A DNA stretch of 64,000 nucleotides from an uncultured Candidatus Melainabacteria bacterium. GTDB lineage: Bacteria > Cyanobacteriota > Vampirovibrionia > Gastranaerophilales > Gastranaerophilaceae. Below the pieces are notes generated by a model. It worked only from the letters and a program-made list of their open reading frames with translations. It made no database searches and was not told where the DNA came from. The translations under genes were made by a program, and so were the position numbers. The stretch covers positions 15,075 to 79,074 of the forward strand of contig CAKVIN010000010.1 in the NCBI GenBank assembly GCA_934754425.1, in the 5' to 3' direction. Below are positions 62,778 through 64,000 of the stretch, piece by piece; position 1 is the first letter of the stretch; every line of letters starts with the position of its first letter.

Positions 62778-64000
62778 TTACTCTACGGTAACAGATTTTG
62801 CTAAGTTTCTTGGCTGGTCAACATCTTTACCCAAGAATTCTGCTATATAATATGCCAACAATTGCAATGGAACAATTGCAAGAGCCGGCGAAAGAATTTC
62901 TGAAATTTCAGGAATTCTAATTATATAACCGAACAATTCGCTCAATTTTTCATCATCTGAATCAGTTAGAGCAATCATTCTTGCATTTCTAGCTCTTGCT
63001 TCTTCTGAATTTGATAAAATCTTATCATAAACTTTACCTTTCATTAAGATAGAAAGTACCGGCATAGTTTCGTCCAACATTGCAATAGGCCCATGTTTAA
63101 GTTCACCTGCTGTATAACCTGTTGCATTAATATAACTGATTTCTTTTAGTTTCAAAGCACCTTCTAATGCAGTCGGATAATTTATACCTCTTGCTATAAA
63201 GATAAAATCTTTTGAATTAGAAAATGCTCTTGCACATTTTTGAATTTCTTCTTTGTGAGAAAGAACTTTTTCAATTTTTTGCGGAAGAACAATAAGTTCA
63301 TGTTTTAAATCAGCTAAATCTTTTTCTTCCATTGTACCTTTAACTTCTGCCATATAAATTGCAAGAAGATAGAAAGAAATCAACTGAGCCATATAAGATT
63401 TTGTGGCTGCAACAGAAACCTCTATACCTGCATAAACAGGAACAAGACTGTCAGCTTCTCTTGCCATTGTTGAATCAGGTCTGTTTGTAACAATTAAAAT
63501 ATGCGAACCTTTTGCCTTAGCTTGTCTTACAGCAGTAATAGTATCTGCAGTTTCACCTGATTGAGAAACACCGATTACAAGTGTATTTTTATCTGTAATT
63601 GTTTTTCTGTAAATATATTCACTTGAAGGTTCTACATCAACTGAAATTCCACAAAAATCTTCTATAATATATTTACCAATCATTGCTGCGTGAAGAGATG
63701 TACCGCAAGCTACAATTTGAATTCTATTTAAGTGTTTCAAAGTTTCTTTATCTAATGTAACTTCTTTCAAATGAATAGGTTCATCCATTGCATGAAGTTT
63801 TCCGGACAATACATTTCTAACAACGTCTGGTTGTTCGTGAATTTCTTTAAGCATAAAGTGTTTGTAACCCATCTTGCTTAAAGCAACCGGTTCCCAAGGA
63901 AGCATTTCTACTTTACCTTGAATTGGGTTATTATTTATGTCAATCAAATTCATAGAACTTGGAGTTAGTGTCACAATTTGATTATCATCTATGTACATTG
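62778..64000 (-). CDS. glmS: Glutamine--fructose-6-phosphate aminotransferase, SIS-domain part; 5' end outside window
   Basis: Two SIS domains (GTSLHAA, SQSGETADT). C-terminal DQPRNLAKSVTVE is the GlmS signature ending. The ORF is still open at base 64000. Confidence 0.95.
   Translation of the reverse strand, partial: MYIDDNQIVTLTPSSMNLIDINNNPIQGKVEMLPWEPVALSKMGYKHFMLKEIHEQPDVVRNVLSGKLHAMDEPIHLKEVTLDKETLKHLNRIQIVACGTSLHAAMIGKYIIEDFCGISVDVEPSSEYIYRKTITDKNTLVIGVSQSGETADTITAVRQAKAKGSHILIVTNRPDSTMAREADSLVPVYAGIEVSVAATKSYMAQLISFYLLAIYMAEVKGTMEEKDLADLKHELIVLPQKIEKVLSHKEEIQKCARAFSNSKDFIFIARGINYPTALEGALKLKEISYINATGYTAGELKHGPIAMLDETMPVLSILMKGKVYDKILSNSEEARARNARMIALTDSDDEKLSELFGYIIRIPEISEILSPALAIVPLQLLAYYIAEFLGKDVDQPRNLAKSVTVE

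Overview
A visibly AT-rich window (G+C about 30% by eye, not computed) from a diderm bacterium. I cannot assign a taxon. The long NusB, Ski2-type helicase, ShlB-type POTRA protein and split archaeal-type glutamate synthase are compatible with an AT-rich gut lineage such as Melainabacteria, but this is only a guess. No rRNA, tRNA, CRISPR/cas, transposase or integrase was recognised.

Recognisable housekeeping genes:
- comM/yifB, ftsY, nusB, deoB, a small ferredoxin, a family-4 UDG, tmRNA (33591..33991), ahcY and the glmS 3' part.
- A three-gene split glutamate synthase, a Ski2-like helicase and a GH13 enzyme.

Envelope and lipid genes:
- ArnT/ArnC-like glycosyltransferases with an OmpR/HK two-component pair.
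- An aryl-polyene-like export/tailoring gene set that lacks KS and ACP genes.
- A LicD-HAD-nucleotidyltransferase-radical SAM cassette.
- An OprP-like porin, an MlaD protein and a ShlB/FhaC-type transporter.

Other recognisable content: three HEPN-first HEPN/MNT toxin-antitoxin pairs (one inside the glutamate synthase operon), and c-di-GMP genes (one HD-GYP, two PilZ).

About a third of the window encodes orphan proteins. The most interesting signal is a two-member protein family. A 572-aa and a 110-aa protein share an MG[ML]xAS... N-terminal block and a ...SF(K/T)(T/Y)(F/N) C-terminal helical block. These blocks bracket a large dispensable Thr/Tyr-rich middle, which is flagellin-like design logic without flagellin motifs. 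The family sits next to a Gly/Ser/Thr-rich protein, and a Maf (flagellin glycosyltransferase)-like gene lies about 2.4 kb away.

Several orphan genes share a bipartite upstream module: an ACTTTATATA box plus a TTTTGTnACAAAA palindrome. One copy of this module points at a terminator with no ORF in between, which suggests a CU-rich small RNA.

Other noteworthy non-coding and small-gene structure:
- A 5.5-unit, roughly 105-bp tandem array of G+C-rich units (57961..58535), with a relative at 7966..8101.
- Octamer-periodic intergenic elements.
- A 110-bp tandem duplication in the leader of a DegT-type gene.
- Two tandem 23-aa hydrophobic peptide genes.

All functional calls rest on motif recognition by eye. 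No database search was run.
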